Positions 47,337 to 56,599 of a DNA stretch of 58,576 nt are shown here, in pieces (within the stretch, counting starts at the first letter, position 1; the number at the start of each line of letters is the position of its first letter). A program made the position numbers and the translations under genes. The notes under the pieces are model-generated. The model had not been told where the DNA came from. It did not search any database and saw nothing but the letters and a program-made list of their open reading frames with translations. This stretch comes from Rhodothermales bacterium (GTDB lineage Bacteria; Bacteroidota; Rhodothermia; Rhodothermales; JANQRZ01): NCBI GenBank assembly GCA_038232935.1, contig JBBSMX010000006.1:1-58576 (forward strand). Direction: 5' to 3'.

Positions 47337-48542
47337 ATGTCTCTACGCTATTCCTGTCCCCTACCCAAACCCTTACCGTTCACACTCCTTGCCCTCGCCA
47401 TGCTGATCGCCGCCGGGTGCAGCACGGTCGAGCCCGCGACGGCACAGACGCAGGAGGCTCCCATGCCTCCGCCGCAAAACAAGCCGGTGGCCGAGCCGAT
47501 GACTGAGCCCATGACCGGTCCGATGGTCGAGGCGTCGAACCCGATGGACGTTATGCCGATGGGACCGAAGCCGGCCTGGGCACCGACCATCGACCCGCAG
47601 ATGCTCGCCGTCGTCGAGCAGCTCAAGGCGTTCCAGCAGCCGCCGTTCCCCGAGATGACGGGCTTCCAGGCGCGCAACGCGAAGACGCCCGCCGAGGCCG
47701 TCGCCGCGCTGATGATGAAGACAGGGCACGGCCCGATGCCGCCGAAGACGAACATCCAGCACCGCGTGCTCCCCGTCGGCCCGGAGCAGGGCGTCCTCGT
47801 GCGGACGTACACCCCGCTCGAAGGGAGCGGGCCGTTCCCCGTGATCGTCTACTACCACGGCGGCGGCTGGGTCATCGCCGACCTCGACACGTACGAGCCG
47901 TCGGCTGCCGCGCTGTCGGCGAAGACCGGGGCCGTCGTCGTCTCCGTCGCCTACCGGCAGGCGCCCGAGCACACCTATCCTACCGCGCACGACGATTCCT
48001 TCGCTGCGTACCGATGGGTGGTCGAAAACACAGCCGAGCTGAACGGCGACCCGAGCCGGATCGCCGTCGCAGGCGAGAGCGCGGGTGGCAACCTCGCCGT
48101 GGCGATGGCGATGCGGGCGCGCGATGAGAACGTCGCGCTCCCCGTCCACATCCTCTCGGTCTACCCCATCGCCGACGGTGACGTGCAGTCGCCGAGCTAT
48201 GACACGTACGCGAACGCTGTCCCGCTCAGCCGCCCGGCGATGGAGTGGTTCTTCGACAACTACACGCCGAACTGGCGGACCGAGGAATACCCTTACGTCA
48301 ACCTGATCGACGCCGACCTCAGCGGCCTCCCGCCGACGACGATCGTCAACGCCGAGATCGATCCCCTCGAAGCCGAAGGCGGCACGCTCGCCGAGCGGCT
48401 GGAAGCGGCCGGTGTGGATGTCGAGCGCAAGATGTATCAGGGCGTCACGCACGAGTTTTTCGGGATGGCGGCCATGCTGGAGCAGGCGGTGCAGGCCCAG
48501 GACTTCGCCGTGTCGCGGCTGAAGGCAGCGTTCGGGATGTGA
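47337..48542 (+). CDS. HSL-family alpha/beta hydrolase (esterase/lipase) lipoprotein
   Basis: AAGC lipobox; HGGGW, GESAGG nucleophile elbow, DPL, HEFF. Confidence 0.92.
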   Translation: MSLRYSCPLPKPLPFTLLALAMLIAAGCSTVEPATAQTQEAPMPPPQNKPVAEPMTEPMTGPMVEASNPMDVMPMGPKPAWAPTIDPQMLAVVEQLKAFQQPPFPEMTGFQARNAKTPAEAVAALMMKTGHGPMPPKTNIQHRVLPVGPEQGVLVRTYTPLEGSGPFPVIVYYHGGGWVIADLDTYEPSAAALSAKTGAVVVSVAYRQAPEHTYPTAHDDSFAAYRWVVENTAELNGDPSRIAVAGESAGGNLAVAMAMRARDENVALPVHILSVYPIADGDVQSPSYDTYANAVPLSRPAMEWFFDNYTPNWRTEEYPYVNLIDADLSGLPPTTIVNAEIDPLEAEGGTLAERLEAAGVDVERKMYQGVTHEFFGMAAMLEQAVQAQDFAVSRLKAAFGM

Positions 48543-48559
48543 TCTGACTCCGACGCATT

Positions 48560-48612
48560 CGAACGGGCGGAGCGGCTGGGGCACTCATGTCTTCGGCGGC
48601 TCCGCCCGTTCG
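48560..48612. terminator. 14-bp stem-loop downstream of esterase
   Basis: cgaacgggcggagc ... gctccgcccgttcg with ~25 nt loop. Confidence 0.4.
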
Positions 48613-48727
48613 TCAATCCAGCAGCCCGGTTACGAGCTCGGGAAAGAGGATAGTAGTGGCGGACCAGCGAACTGGAAACCGGAGGGATAGGGCTGTGTTG
48701 AAGATTGCTACACCTACCAGATAGCCG

Positions 48728-48946
48728 ATGCGCGATACGATCTCCATCAGCCTGCCGAAGGAAGTCAAAGCCGAACTCGATGCGGCGGTCGAGCAGGAAG
48801 GACTCTCCCGGAGCGACCTCGTGCGGCAGGCGCTGCGCGACTACCTCTTCGTGCGGCGGTTCCGGCAGCTTCGCGCCGGGATGATCGGCCAGGCGCAGGC
48901 GCAGGGCGTGTTTACGGACGACGACGTGTTCGACCGCGTCTCGTGA
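48728..48946 (+). CDS. CopG/ribbon-helix-helix antitoxin
   Basis: TISISLP...ELD......SRSDLVRQAL; overlaps toxin start (GTGA). Confidence 0.88.
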   Translation: MRDTISISLPKEVKAELDAAVEQEGLSRSDLVRQALRDYLFVRRFRQLRAGMIGQAQAQGVFTDDDVFDRVS

Positions 48947-49347
48947 GAGTTACGCTCGATACGAATGTGCTGATCGCGGCCTTCGTCGCGCGCGGGACCT
49001 GTTCCGACCTGCTCGAACACCTCGTCCGGCACCACACACCCGTCGTCTCGCCGTTCATTCTGGGCGAGTTCCGAGAGAAACTGACGGGGAAGTTCAAGAT
49101 GCCCGAGGCGGAGGTGGAAGAGGCTGTCGAGTTGCTGCGCTCGCGGATGGAAGTCGTCGAGCCGGAGCCGCTGCCGAAGCCGGTCTGCCGCGACTCGGAC
49201 GACGACCATGTGCTGGCTGCGGCGAAGACGAGCGGCAGCGCCTGTCTCATCACCGGCGACAAAGATCTGCTCGTGCTGGAGCGCTTCGAGGGAATTCCGA
49301 TCCTGCGGCCGAACGCGTTCTGGGCCTTCGAGTCAGCGGCGGGCTGA
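48943..49347 (+). CDS. PIN-domain toxin (VapC-like)
   Basis: LDTNVLIAA, CRDSDDDHVL..A, LITGDKDLL. Confidence 0.9.
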   Translation: MRVTLDTNVLIAAFVARGTCSDLLEHLVRHHTPVVSPFILGEFREKLTGKFKMPEAEVEEAVELLRSRMEVVEPEPLPKPVCRDSDDDHVLAAAKTSGSACLITGDKDLLVLERFEGIPILRPNAFWAFESAAG

Positions 49348-49350
49348 GGA

Positions 49351-52300
49351 TCAGTCGAGGAGGTTCATCTGTCCGGTGTTCTTCGTGGCGATGCGCTTCG
49401 TGGGCGTGGAGAGCGCGTCGAAGGCTCCGGTGGCGCGGAGGGCGTCGGCGCCGAGGGTGGGGCCGTCGCAGAGGCGGGCGAGGAGGTCGGCCTGCGCCGG
49501 TTCGAGGGCGACGAGCCGGGCGAGGACGTTGAGCACGTTGAGCAATTCGGCCGTGTACTCGGGGAGCCAGCCTTCGGGCTGGATGTCGCCCAGCGGCGAG
49601 GGCAGGCGGCGGTCGCCGATAATCGGGCGCGAGCGGTCGCGGCGGCGGTAGCTGAACCACTGCGTCAGGACGTTTTTGCCGGAGACCTCGTAGGCCCACA
49701 CGGTGGGCGGGACGTGCTCGACGTAGCCCGTCCCGACGTAGAGACGCCGCTCGGCGCTGTTGTAGCCGATCTCGTCGGCGTCCGCCGGAATCGCGCCGCC
49801 GGCGGGGAGCGTAGGGCGCAGGCCGTCCGCGACGCGCGGCGGACCGAGGGGGCGACCGGCCTCGGCGTCGGCGAAGCGCTCGCCGAAGGTGTGGAGCCAG
49901 ACGACCTCACGTCCGAGCGCGGCGGCCTCGGTGAAGAGGGCGGCGTCGGCGGGGAGCGGGACGCGGAGGCCGGGGCGGACGAGGTCGGCCTCGAAGCGGG
50001 CGACGTAGGCCGGGTGCGCGGCGACGGCGGCGAGGTAGGCTACGACGTCTTCGGCTCCGACCGTCCGTCCGTAGGCCTCGCCGAGCGCGGCGAGCAGGTT
50101 CGGGTTCACGTTCGGCCGGCTCGCGGCGGCGTCCGCCCACAGCGGGAAAGCGCGCCCGCCCCGCCCGTTGTAGTGGTCCATATCCGGGATCAGCCCGCAG
50201 AACGTGAGTGCAGGGCCGCCCGAGGGGGCTGTTCGATGGAGCGCCGTGAGGTAGACTTGCCGGTCGGAGTGCGTCTCCCACAGCGTCGGGTTCGCCTGAT
50301 TGATTAGCCGCTTGTCGGGGATGAGGTACTGCCGGTCGAAGGAGCGGAAGGCGTAGCGCACCGGCGGGACGACCGCGCGCGTGTCCTCGGCCACGGGCAT
50401 CGACCGCGCCTCGTGGCCCGGCAGCCCGCCCGTGTTCTCTTCTTTGTTGACGTGCTTGTCGCCGGGTGCCTCGTTTCGCAGGTGCGGGTGGAAGAGCTTC
50501 TCTTTCTTCTTCGGGTTGGTCTCGGCTACGAGATGGTTCCAGCGCTCGCCGAGAGTCTGCTTGTCGGGCGCGATGACCCACGTCCGGCCGGGCATCACGC
50601 CGGAGCCGTCCCAGAGGAAGAGGTCGTCGAGGGCAGGGAAGTCGGCCCACGCCCCCGTCGCGGCGGGGAGGAACGGGGCACGCCAGTCGGCGGGGCAGTC
50701 GGCCCAGGCGTCGCCATCGAGGGCGAGCGCGGCGAGGGCCTCGAACTTGGCCTCACGCGGCCCCTCGGGGAGCGCGGTGTAGCGGACGTGCGCGGGCGTC
50801 GCGGGATCGGTGCCCGCCGTCCGCGAGGCGATCACGATGCAGACGGGCTGCTGCACGCCCTGGAAGATGCGCGAGGACACGGGCGGCTGGTGCCCCTCGG
50901 GCGAGGCGTCGATCACCCAGAGCTCGCTCGCCGTCCGGCGGAGGTCGGCGCGCATCTGCTGGAAGCCCGGCCCGTTGAGGAAGCCCGCGACGGTAATGTA
51001 GCAGACGACGCCCTCGTGTGCGCCGCCCGCGTCGGCCTCCTGCTGGGTGGTCATGCGCCCCGCGCCGAACACCTTCCACGTGGCCCACCGCCAGAAGTAG
51101 ACGTAGAGGTTGCGGAGGTGCTTGGCGTGCGCGCCGACGTTCCACGCGGCGGGCGGCATCCACGACTTCAGCGGGGCCTCCTGCTGCGCGCCGCTCTCGA
51201 TCCACCCGCCCAGCCCCTTCGCCTTGTCCTTGTACGGCGGATTCCCGATGACGACGGTGATCGGCTCGCGCCGCTTGATCTCGTTGGCCCGCCGCCGCGA
51301 CTCCGCGAGGGGCTTGAGCGAGGTGGGAATCCAGTCCTCTTTCCCCACGAACGGGTTGCCGAGGGTGTCGGTCACGAAGAGCTGGAGGTCGGGCGTCGTC
51401 TCCGGCGGTGCGCCGCCCTCGGGCGTCGTGAGGTCCACGATCTCGGCCAGCAGCCGAAGCTGTGCCACGGCGAACGGGCCGAACTGGAGCTCGAACCCGA
51501 TCAGCCGGGGCACCGCCGCGCGCACGGCGTCGTGCACCGCACCCTGTCCGTCCGGCTCGACCGTCTCCGCGATGCGCCGGAGCACACCGAGCAGGAACGT
51601 GCCGGCCCCAACGGCCGGGTCGGCGACGGTGACATCCTCCGAAGCCAGCCCCAGCGGGCGCTTGAAGCGGGCGGGGCTCCGCAGCACGTCGTCCACGAGC
51701 CGGACCATCTCGCGGACGACCTCGGGCGGGGTGTAGTACGAGCCGGTGAGCTTGCGGAGGTCGTTGTCGTAGACGGCGAGGAAGTCCTCGTAGAAGTAGA
51801 GCCACGGCTCGGGCCGTTCGTCCTCGTCCTTCGCGGCATCCTCCTTCTTCACCAGCTTCGTCCAGTCCACGACGCCGAGCACGCGGGTGAGCGTCCGGAG
51901 CGAGGTGTCGAGGGCAGCGCGGTCGGTGGCCTCGTCGGTGAGGAGCCGGAGCGCCGAGCCGATGAGGGAGTTGTGTCGGCCCAGTTCGCGCGCGACGCGG
52001 TCGAGGCCCTGGTCGAGGGGGATCTCGCGGGCGCGCGCCATCAGCAGCCCGAACGTCACAGCCTGGGCGTACCCGTCGGCGAAAGCGGCGTCGTCGGCAT
52101 GGGGAAAGAGGAGCTTGCGCCAGTCCTCGGCGAGGCTCGTCAGCGCCTCGTTCCGCTGCTCCATCTGCTCCTGCACCTCGTTCCGGAGAAGCCGGCACAG
52201 CCGGGCGCTCGTGTCGGCGAGCTGGCGTACCGTGCGGGGCTGCGTCGGCTCCCAGCCCAGGAAGTCCTGGAACAACCCCAGCAGGGCAGGGCGCGCGTCG

Positions 52301-52752
52301 AGGTCGGCCCCGGCCGTCCGCACGTCACCGGAGAGGTGGACGATCTCGCCTGCGAGCTCCCCGTTGCGCCAGAGCCCGAAGGCGTTGCCGTCGGTGTAGA
52401 GGAGGTTCGGGAGGGACTGGAGCTTCTTCCACTGCTTCTCGTCGTGCTTCTTCGTGAACCGTCTCGGGTCGGCCCCTTTCCCCGGTGCCTTGACCTCGAT
52501 GAAGCCGGTCGGTACGTCGTGAACCGTCACAGCATAATCCGGCCGTGTCTTGAGGTCCGCGAGCGACGACTCGCCGACGGCAACGACAGACCCTGCCGGG
52601 AAGCCGCTCAGCGCGGCAAGGTCCTGGACGAGCGCTTCGAGCGGTGCGCGGAGTTGATCTTCCGGCTCGCCCGATACGAGGGGGCTGGAAAGTTTGGAGG
52701 TGACGGCAGCGCCGAACGCGGAGACCGCGTCATGCAGGGTTCGTTGGGTCAT
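49351..52752 (-). CDS. Single-chain restriction-modification protein: PD-(D/E)xK nuclease, N6-adenine MTase, type ISP-like C-terminal specificity domain
   Basis: RPDY...GFIEVK; YFYEDFL, GSYYTP, DPAVGAGTF (motif I), IGNPPY (motif IV); YAFRSFD, WAYEVSG..VL..WF.YR; no helicase motifs. Confidence 0.85.
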   Translation of the reverse strand: MTQRTLHDAVSAFGAAVTSKLSSPLVSGEPEDQLRAPLEALVQDLAALSGFPAGSVVAVGESSLADLKTRPDYAVTVHDVPTGFIEVKAPGKGADPRRFTKKHDEKQWKKLQSLPNLLYTDGNAFGLWRNGELAGEIVHLSGDVRTAGADLDARPALLGLFQDFLGWEPTQPRTVRQLADTSARLCRLLRNEVQEQMEQRNEALTSLAEDWRKLLFPHADDAAFADGYAQAVTFGLLMARAREIPLDQGLDRVARELGRHNSLIGSALRLLTDEATDRAALDTSLRTLTRVLGVVDWTKLVKKEDAAKDEDERPEPWLYFYEDFLAVYDNDLRKLTGSYYTPPEVVREMVRLVDDVLRSPARFKRPLGLASEDVTVADPAVGAGTFLLGVLRRIAETVEPDGQGAVHDAVRAAVPRLIGFELQFGPFAVAQLRLLAEIVDLTTPEGGAPPETTPDLQLFVTDTLGNPFVGKEDWIPTSLKPLAESRRRANEIKRREPITVVIGNPPYKDKAKGLGGWIESGAQQEAPLKSWMPPAAWNVGAHAKHLRNLYVYFWRWATWKVFGAGRMTTQQEADAGGAHEGVVCYITVAGFLNGPGFQQMRADLRRTASELWVIDASPEGHQPPVSSRIFQGVQQPVCIVIASRTAGTDPATPAHVRYTALPEGPREAKFEALAALALDGDAWADCPADWRAPFLPAATGAWADFPALDDLFLWDGSGVMPGRTWVIAPDKQTLGERWNHLVAETNPKKKEKLFHPHLRNEAPGDKHVNKEENTGGLPGHEARSMPVAEDTRAVVPPVRYAFRSFDRQYLIPDKRLINQANPTLWETHSDRQVYLTALHRTAPSGGPALTFCGLIPDMDHYNGRGGRAFPLWADAAASRPNVNPNLLAALGEAYGRTVGAEDVVAYLAAVAAHPAYVARFEADLVRPGLRVPLPADAALFTEAAALGREVVWLHTFGERFADAEAGRPLGPPRVADGLRPTLPAGGAIPADADEIGYNSAERRLYVGTGYVEHVPPTVWAYEVSGKNVLTQWFSYRRRDRSRPIIGDRRLPSPLGDIQPEGWLPEYTAELLNVLNVLARLVALEPAQADLLARLCDGPTLGADALRATGAFDALSTPTKRIATKNTGQMNLLD

Positions 52753-52814
52753 GCATAAAGTTACTCGATCCGGCCCGATTAGCTTTCACCGATAGTCTCT
52801 ACACTCTACCGCCA

Positions 52815-54137
52815 TCAGTCGAGCAGTCCGGTGACGAGTTCGGGGAAGAGGATGATCAGCAGGAGTCCGACGAGCTGGATGCCGATGAACGGGAGAACAC
52901 CCCGGTAGATGTCGGTCGTCTTCACCTCGGGCGGGGCGACGCCGCGCAGGTAGAACAGCGCGAACCCGAACGGCGGCGTCAGAAACGAGGTCTGGAGGTT
53001 CATCCCCACCATCACCCCGAACCACACGAGGTCGATCCCGAGCAGCGCGGCGGCGGGGGCGAGGAGCGGGATGATGATGAACGCGATCTCGAAGAAGTCG
53101 ATGAAGAAGCCGAGCACGAAGATCACGAGGTTCGCCACGACGAGCAGCCCGACTACGCCGCCCGGCAGGTTCGTCAGCAGGTCCTCGATCCACACGTCGC
53201 CGTAGAGCCCGCGGAAGACGAGCGCGAATGCCGTCGAGCCGATGAGGAGGAAGACGACCATCGTGGTCAGCAGCGTCGTCGTCTTCGCTGTCTCCCACAG
53301 CGCGTCCGACGTCAGCCGCCGGTTCACGAGCGCGAGCACGGTCGCGCCGACGGCCCCGAGCGCGCCCGCCTCGGTCGGCGTGGCGATGCCCGCGAAGATG
53401 CTCCCGAGCACGACGACGATGAGCACAAGCGGCGGCAGCATCACTTTGAAGACGCGGCCGACGAGCGCCGCGCCGCGCTCGCTCCGTGCCTCCGGCGGGA
53501 GGGCCGGAGCTGCCTGGGGCCGGAAGACCGCGACGCCCGCGACGTAGAGCGCGTATAGCCCGGCGAGCATGATGCCCGGTACGAGCGCGCCGACGAACAG
53601 GTCGCCGACTGACACGCCGAGCTGGTCGGCGAGGACGATGAGGACGACGCTCGGCGGGATGATCTGCCCGAGCGTCCCGCTCGCCGTGATGACGCCCGTC
53701 GAGAACGCCGCATCGTAGCCGTAGCGCTGCATCACCGGCAGCGAGATCATCCCCATCGCCACGACGCTCGCGCCGACGACGCCCGTCGCCGCCGCCAGCA
53801 GCGCGCCGACGAATACGACGGCGAAGGCGAGCCCGCCCCGCATCCGCCCGAAGAGCGCGCCAATCGTCGTCAGCAAGTCCTCGGCCAGCCGACTCTTTTC
53901 GAGCAGCGTCCCCATGAAGATGAAGAACGGGACGGCCAGCAGGATCGCGTTCGACATCACCCCGAACGTCCGGTCGCCGAGGGCGAAGAGGTAGGGCCAG
54001 TCGAAGAACCCGAACTCGATGCCGAGGAGGGCGAAGCCGAGCGCGGTCCCGCCGAGCGCGAACGCGACGGGGTAGCCGCTGAAAATGAGCAGCAGCGCCG
54101 CCGCGAACATCAGCGGCCCGAGCCAGTCGCCGGCCAT
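52815..54137 (-). CDS. dctM: TRAP transporter large permease
   Basis: GYPVAFALG, SGTLGQIIPPS, ATPTEA, QTSFLTPPFG. Confidence 0.93.
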   Translation of the reverse strand: MAGDWLGPLMFAAALLLIFSGYPVAFALGGTALGFALLGIEFGFFDWPYLFALGDRTFGVMSNAILLAVPFFIFMGTLLEKSRLAEDLLTTIGALFGRMRGGLAFAVVFVGALLAAATGVVGASVVAMGMISLPVMQRYGYDAAFSTGVITASGTLGQIIPPSVVLIVLADQLGVSVGDLFVGALVPGIMLAGLYALYVAGVAVFRPQAAPALPPEARSERGAALVGRVFKVMLPPLVLIVVVLGSIFAGIATPTEAGALGAVGATVLALVNRRLTSDALWETAKTTTLLTTMVVFLLIGSTAFALVFRGLYGDVWIEDLLTNLPGGVVGLLVVANLVIFVLGFFIDFFEIAFIIIPLLAPAAALLGIDLVWFGVMVGMNLQTSFLTPPFGFALFYLRGVAPPEVKTTDIYRGVLPFIGIQLVGLLLIILFPELVTGLLD

Positions 54138-54691
54138 CAGACGCCCTCCCCGGCAATCGGCGGAAGCTGATGCGCCTCACCCCGAATCCGGGCGACGGCT
54201 TTGATCGCCTCCGCCACCCCTTGCAGCCCGAGCAGCACGAACGCGACCGGGACGAGCGCTTTGATCGGGTAGCGCGGCAGGCCGCCGGGGTCGGGCGAGA
54301 CCTCGCGGATGGCCCACGACTCGGCGACGCTCGGCCACGTCGCCCACAGCATGAGCGCGCAGAATGGGATCAGGAAGAGCACGGTCCCGAGCAGGTCCGT
54401 CCATGCCTGCCCGCGCTCGCTGAGCCGGCCGTAGAGCACGTCCACGCGGACGTGCGCGTTCTCGCGCAGCGCCCACGCGGCGGCGAGGAGGAAGACGGCG
54501 CTGAAGAGGTACCACTGCCCTTCGAGGAAGGCGTTCGACGTGAGCGAGACGCCGAGCGGCCGGCCGACGTAGCGGAGGATCGCGCTCAGCGCGCCGAGCC
54601 CGACGAGGGCGATCATCAGCCCGCACGCCGCCTTCCCGATGGCGGCGTTGATCCGGTCGATGAAACGAGCGAAGCGGAGGGCGAGGGGCAC
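54137..54691 (-). CDS. dctQ: TRAP transporter small permease
   Basis: EGQWYLF, HVRVDVLY, SPDPGGLP..P.K; coupled to dctM. Confidence 0.9.
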   Translation of the reverse strand: MPLALRFARFIDRINAAIGKAACGLMIALVGLGALSAILRYVGRPLGVSLTSNAFLEGQWYLFSAVFLLAAAWALRENAHVRVDVLYGRLSERGQAWTDLLGTVLFLIPFCALMLWATWPSVAESWAIREVSPDPGGLPRYPIKALVPVAFVLLGLQGVAEAIKAVARIRGEAHQLPPIAGEGV

Positions 54692-54754
54692 GGCGGGCGA
54701 CGGTGGGGGAGCCGCAAGCTAGCGACCGGGAGGGAATCTCGCCACCGCGCACCG

Positions 54755-54910
54755 TGTCATTGCGAGGAGCCCCGGAGGGGGGACGCGGCAATCTTGCTCA
54801 GCTTGCTAGCGCGGTCCCTGCCCTGACGTTCTGCTTCGTTGGGGAGATTGGCTGCGCCGAGCCCTGCGGGGTTGCCGCGTCGGCGCGAACGCGCCCTCCT
54901 CGCAATGACA
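54755..54910. repeat. GTCATTGCGAG-type palindromic element (CGTC/TGTC REP or RPE-like) with 15-bp terminal inverted repeats
   Basis: tgtcattgcgaggag (54755-54769) and ctcctcgcaatgaca (54896-54910); inner caatct/agattg pair. Confidence 0.8.
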
Positions 54911-54917
54911 AAGAGGA

Positions 54918-55373
54918 TTACTTCAGTCCGAGCTCGATCCGCAGATCGTCGATGGCGCTGACGGCGACGCCGTCGACGTAGTTGTTGCGCGCGTCGTCGG
55001 CGTGGCCTTTGACTTTGACGAAGGTGACATCGTGGATCTCCGTCAGCCGGACGAGGTCTTCCCAGAGGTCGCGGTTCTTGACGGGCTTCTTGCCCGCCGT
55101 CATCCACCCGCGCCGCTTCCAGTTCTCAATCCACCCCTGCTCGAACGCGTTGACGATGTACGCGCTGTCGGTGTGGACGGCGACGCGGCACGGCTCTTTC
55201 AGCGCGCGCAGCCCCCCCATCACCGCCATCAGCTCCATCCGGTTGTTCGTCGTCTCCGGCTCGGCACCCTTGAGGGTTTTCTCCAGCGCGCCGAACTGGA
55301 GGAGGGCGGCCCAGCCGCCGGGGCCGGGGTTGCCGCTGCACGCGCCGTCGGTGTAGAGCGTGACGTCTTTCAA
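54918..55373 (-). CDS. rnhA: Ribonuclease HI
   Basis: YTDGACSGNPGPGGW, TTNNRMEL, TDSAY, VKNRDLW, VKGH; TTG start inferred. Confidence 0.95.
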   Translation of the reverse strand: MKDVTLYTDGACSGNPGPGGWAALLQFGALEKTLKGAEPETTNNRMELMAVMGGLRALKEPCRVAVHTDSAYIVNAFEQGWIENWKRRGWMTAGKKPVKNRDLWEDLVRLTEIHDVTFVKVKGHADDARNNYVDGVAVSAIDDLRIELGLK

Positions 55374-55484
55374 GGATATCGGGAGGAGGGGGAGAAAACG
55401 TGAGGCGTAAAACGTAAGGGCGTCACCAGCGAGAGGTCGGAGCAACGCGCCCTTACGCATCACGTTTCACGCATTACGCATTCT

Positions 55485-56501
55485 ATGAAATTCGTCGATT
55501 ACGTCACGATCAGCGTCCGCAGTGGCAAAGGCGGGGCGGGGGCGGTGACCTTCCGCCGGGCCAAGTATGAGCCGATGGGCGGGCCGAGCGGCGGCGACGG
55601 CGGCGCAGGCGGCTCCGTCCTCCTCGAAGCCGACGACAACCTCTACACGCTCCTCGACCTCCGGTACAACCGCCACCACTTCGCGAACGCCGGCGAGCCG
55701 GGCCAGCGCGATCAGAAGACGGGCAAGAGCGCCGACGACATCATCATCCGCGTCCCGCCGGGGTCCGTCGTCCGCGACGCGACCACGGGCGAACTGCTTG
55801 GCGAGATGCTGCACGACGGCGAGCGGATCGTGCTGGCGCAGGGCGGGCGCGGCGGGCTGGGCAACGTCAATTTTAAAAGTGCCACGAACCAGGCCCCGCA
55901 GTACGCCCAGCCCGGCGAACCCGGCGAGGAGCGCGAGGTCACCCTCGAACTCAAGCTGCTCGCCGACGTCGGTCTCGTCGGCTTCCCGAACGCGGGGAAG
56001 AGCACGCTGATCTCGACGCTCTCGGCGGCCAAGCCGAAGGTGGCGGACTACCCGTTCACGACGCTCGAACCCAACCTCGGGATGGTCTACCTCGGCGACC
56101 ACCGCTCGTTCGTGATGGCGGACATCCCCGGCATCATCGAGGGCGCGAGCGAGGGGCGCGGGCTCGGCATTCGGTTCCTCAAGCACATCGAGCGCAACGC
56201 CGTCCTCCTCTTCGTCATCCCCTCCAACGCCGACAACGCGGGCGCGCAGTACCGCACGCTCCTCGGCGAGCTCGAAGCGTTCAACGCCGAGCTGCTGGAC
56301 AAGCCGCGCATCGTCGCGCTCTCGAAGACCGACCTCCTCCCGCCGGACATGCTCGACGCGTTCGTCGACGACGCCCGCAGCGGGTTCCCCGAAGGGGTGG
56401 AGGTACTTCCCGTCTCGGCCGTCGCCCACCTCGGGCTGGACCACCTGAAAGAGACGCTGTGGAAATACGTCGAGCGCAACAAGGAAGCCGAGCGGGCGTG
56501 A
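55485..56501 (+). CDS. obgE: GTPase ObgE/CgtA
   Basis: FVD...GKGG.G...FRR.KY.P.GGP.GGDGG, GFPNAGKST, DYPFTT, DIPG. Confidence 0.97.
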   Translation: MKFVDYVTISVRSGKGGAGAVTFRRAKYEPMGGPSGGDGGAGGSVLLEADDNLYTLLDLRYNRHHFANAGEPGQRDQKTGKSADDIIIRVPPGSVVRDATTGELLGEMLHDGERIVLAQGGRGGLGNVNFKSATNQAPQYAQPGEPGEEREVTLELKLLADVGLVGFPNAGKSTLISTLSAAKPKVADYPFTTLEPNLGMVYLGDHRSFVMADIPGIIEGASEGRGLGIRFLKHIERNAVLLFVIPSNADNAGAQYRTLLGELEAFNAELLDKPRIVALSKTDLLPPDMLDAFVDDARSGFPEGVEVLPVSAVAHLGLDHLKETLWKYVERNKEAERA

Positions 56502-56599
56502 CGCGTCGCGTAGCGTAGGGGGTTGAGGAGGAGGGACGGGATTTGCGAATCTGATCCGGTCGGTTCCATCTTCCGGCCTTCCCACCACTGCCCGCGCTC

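Noticed and set aside
16452-55484. CRISPR array interpretation of the short repeats
   Set aside because: No identical 23-47 nt repeats with unique spacers; no cas genes
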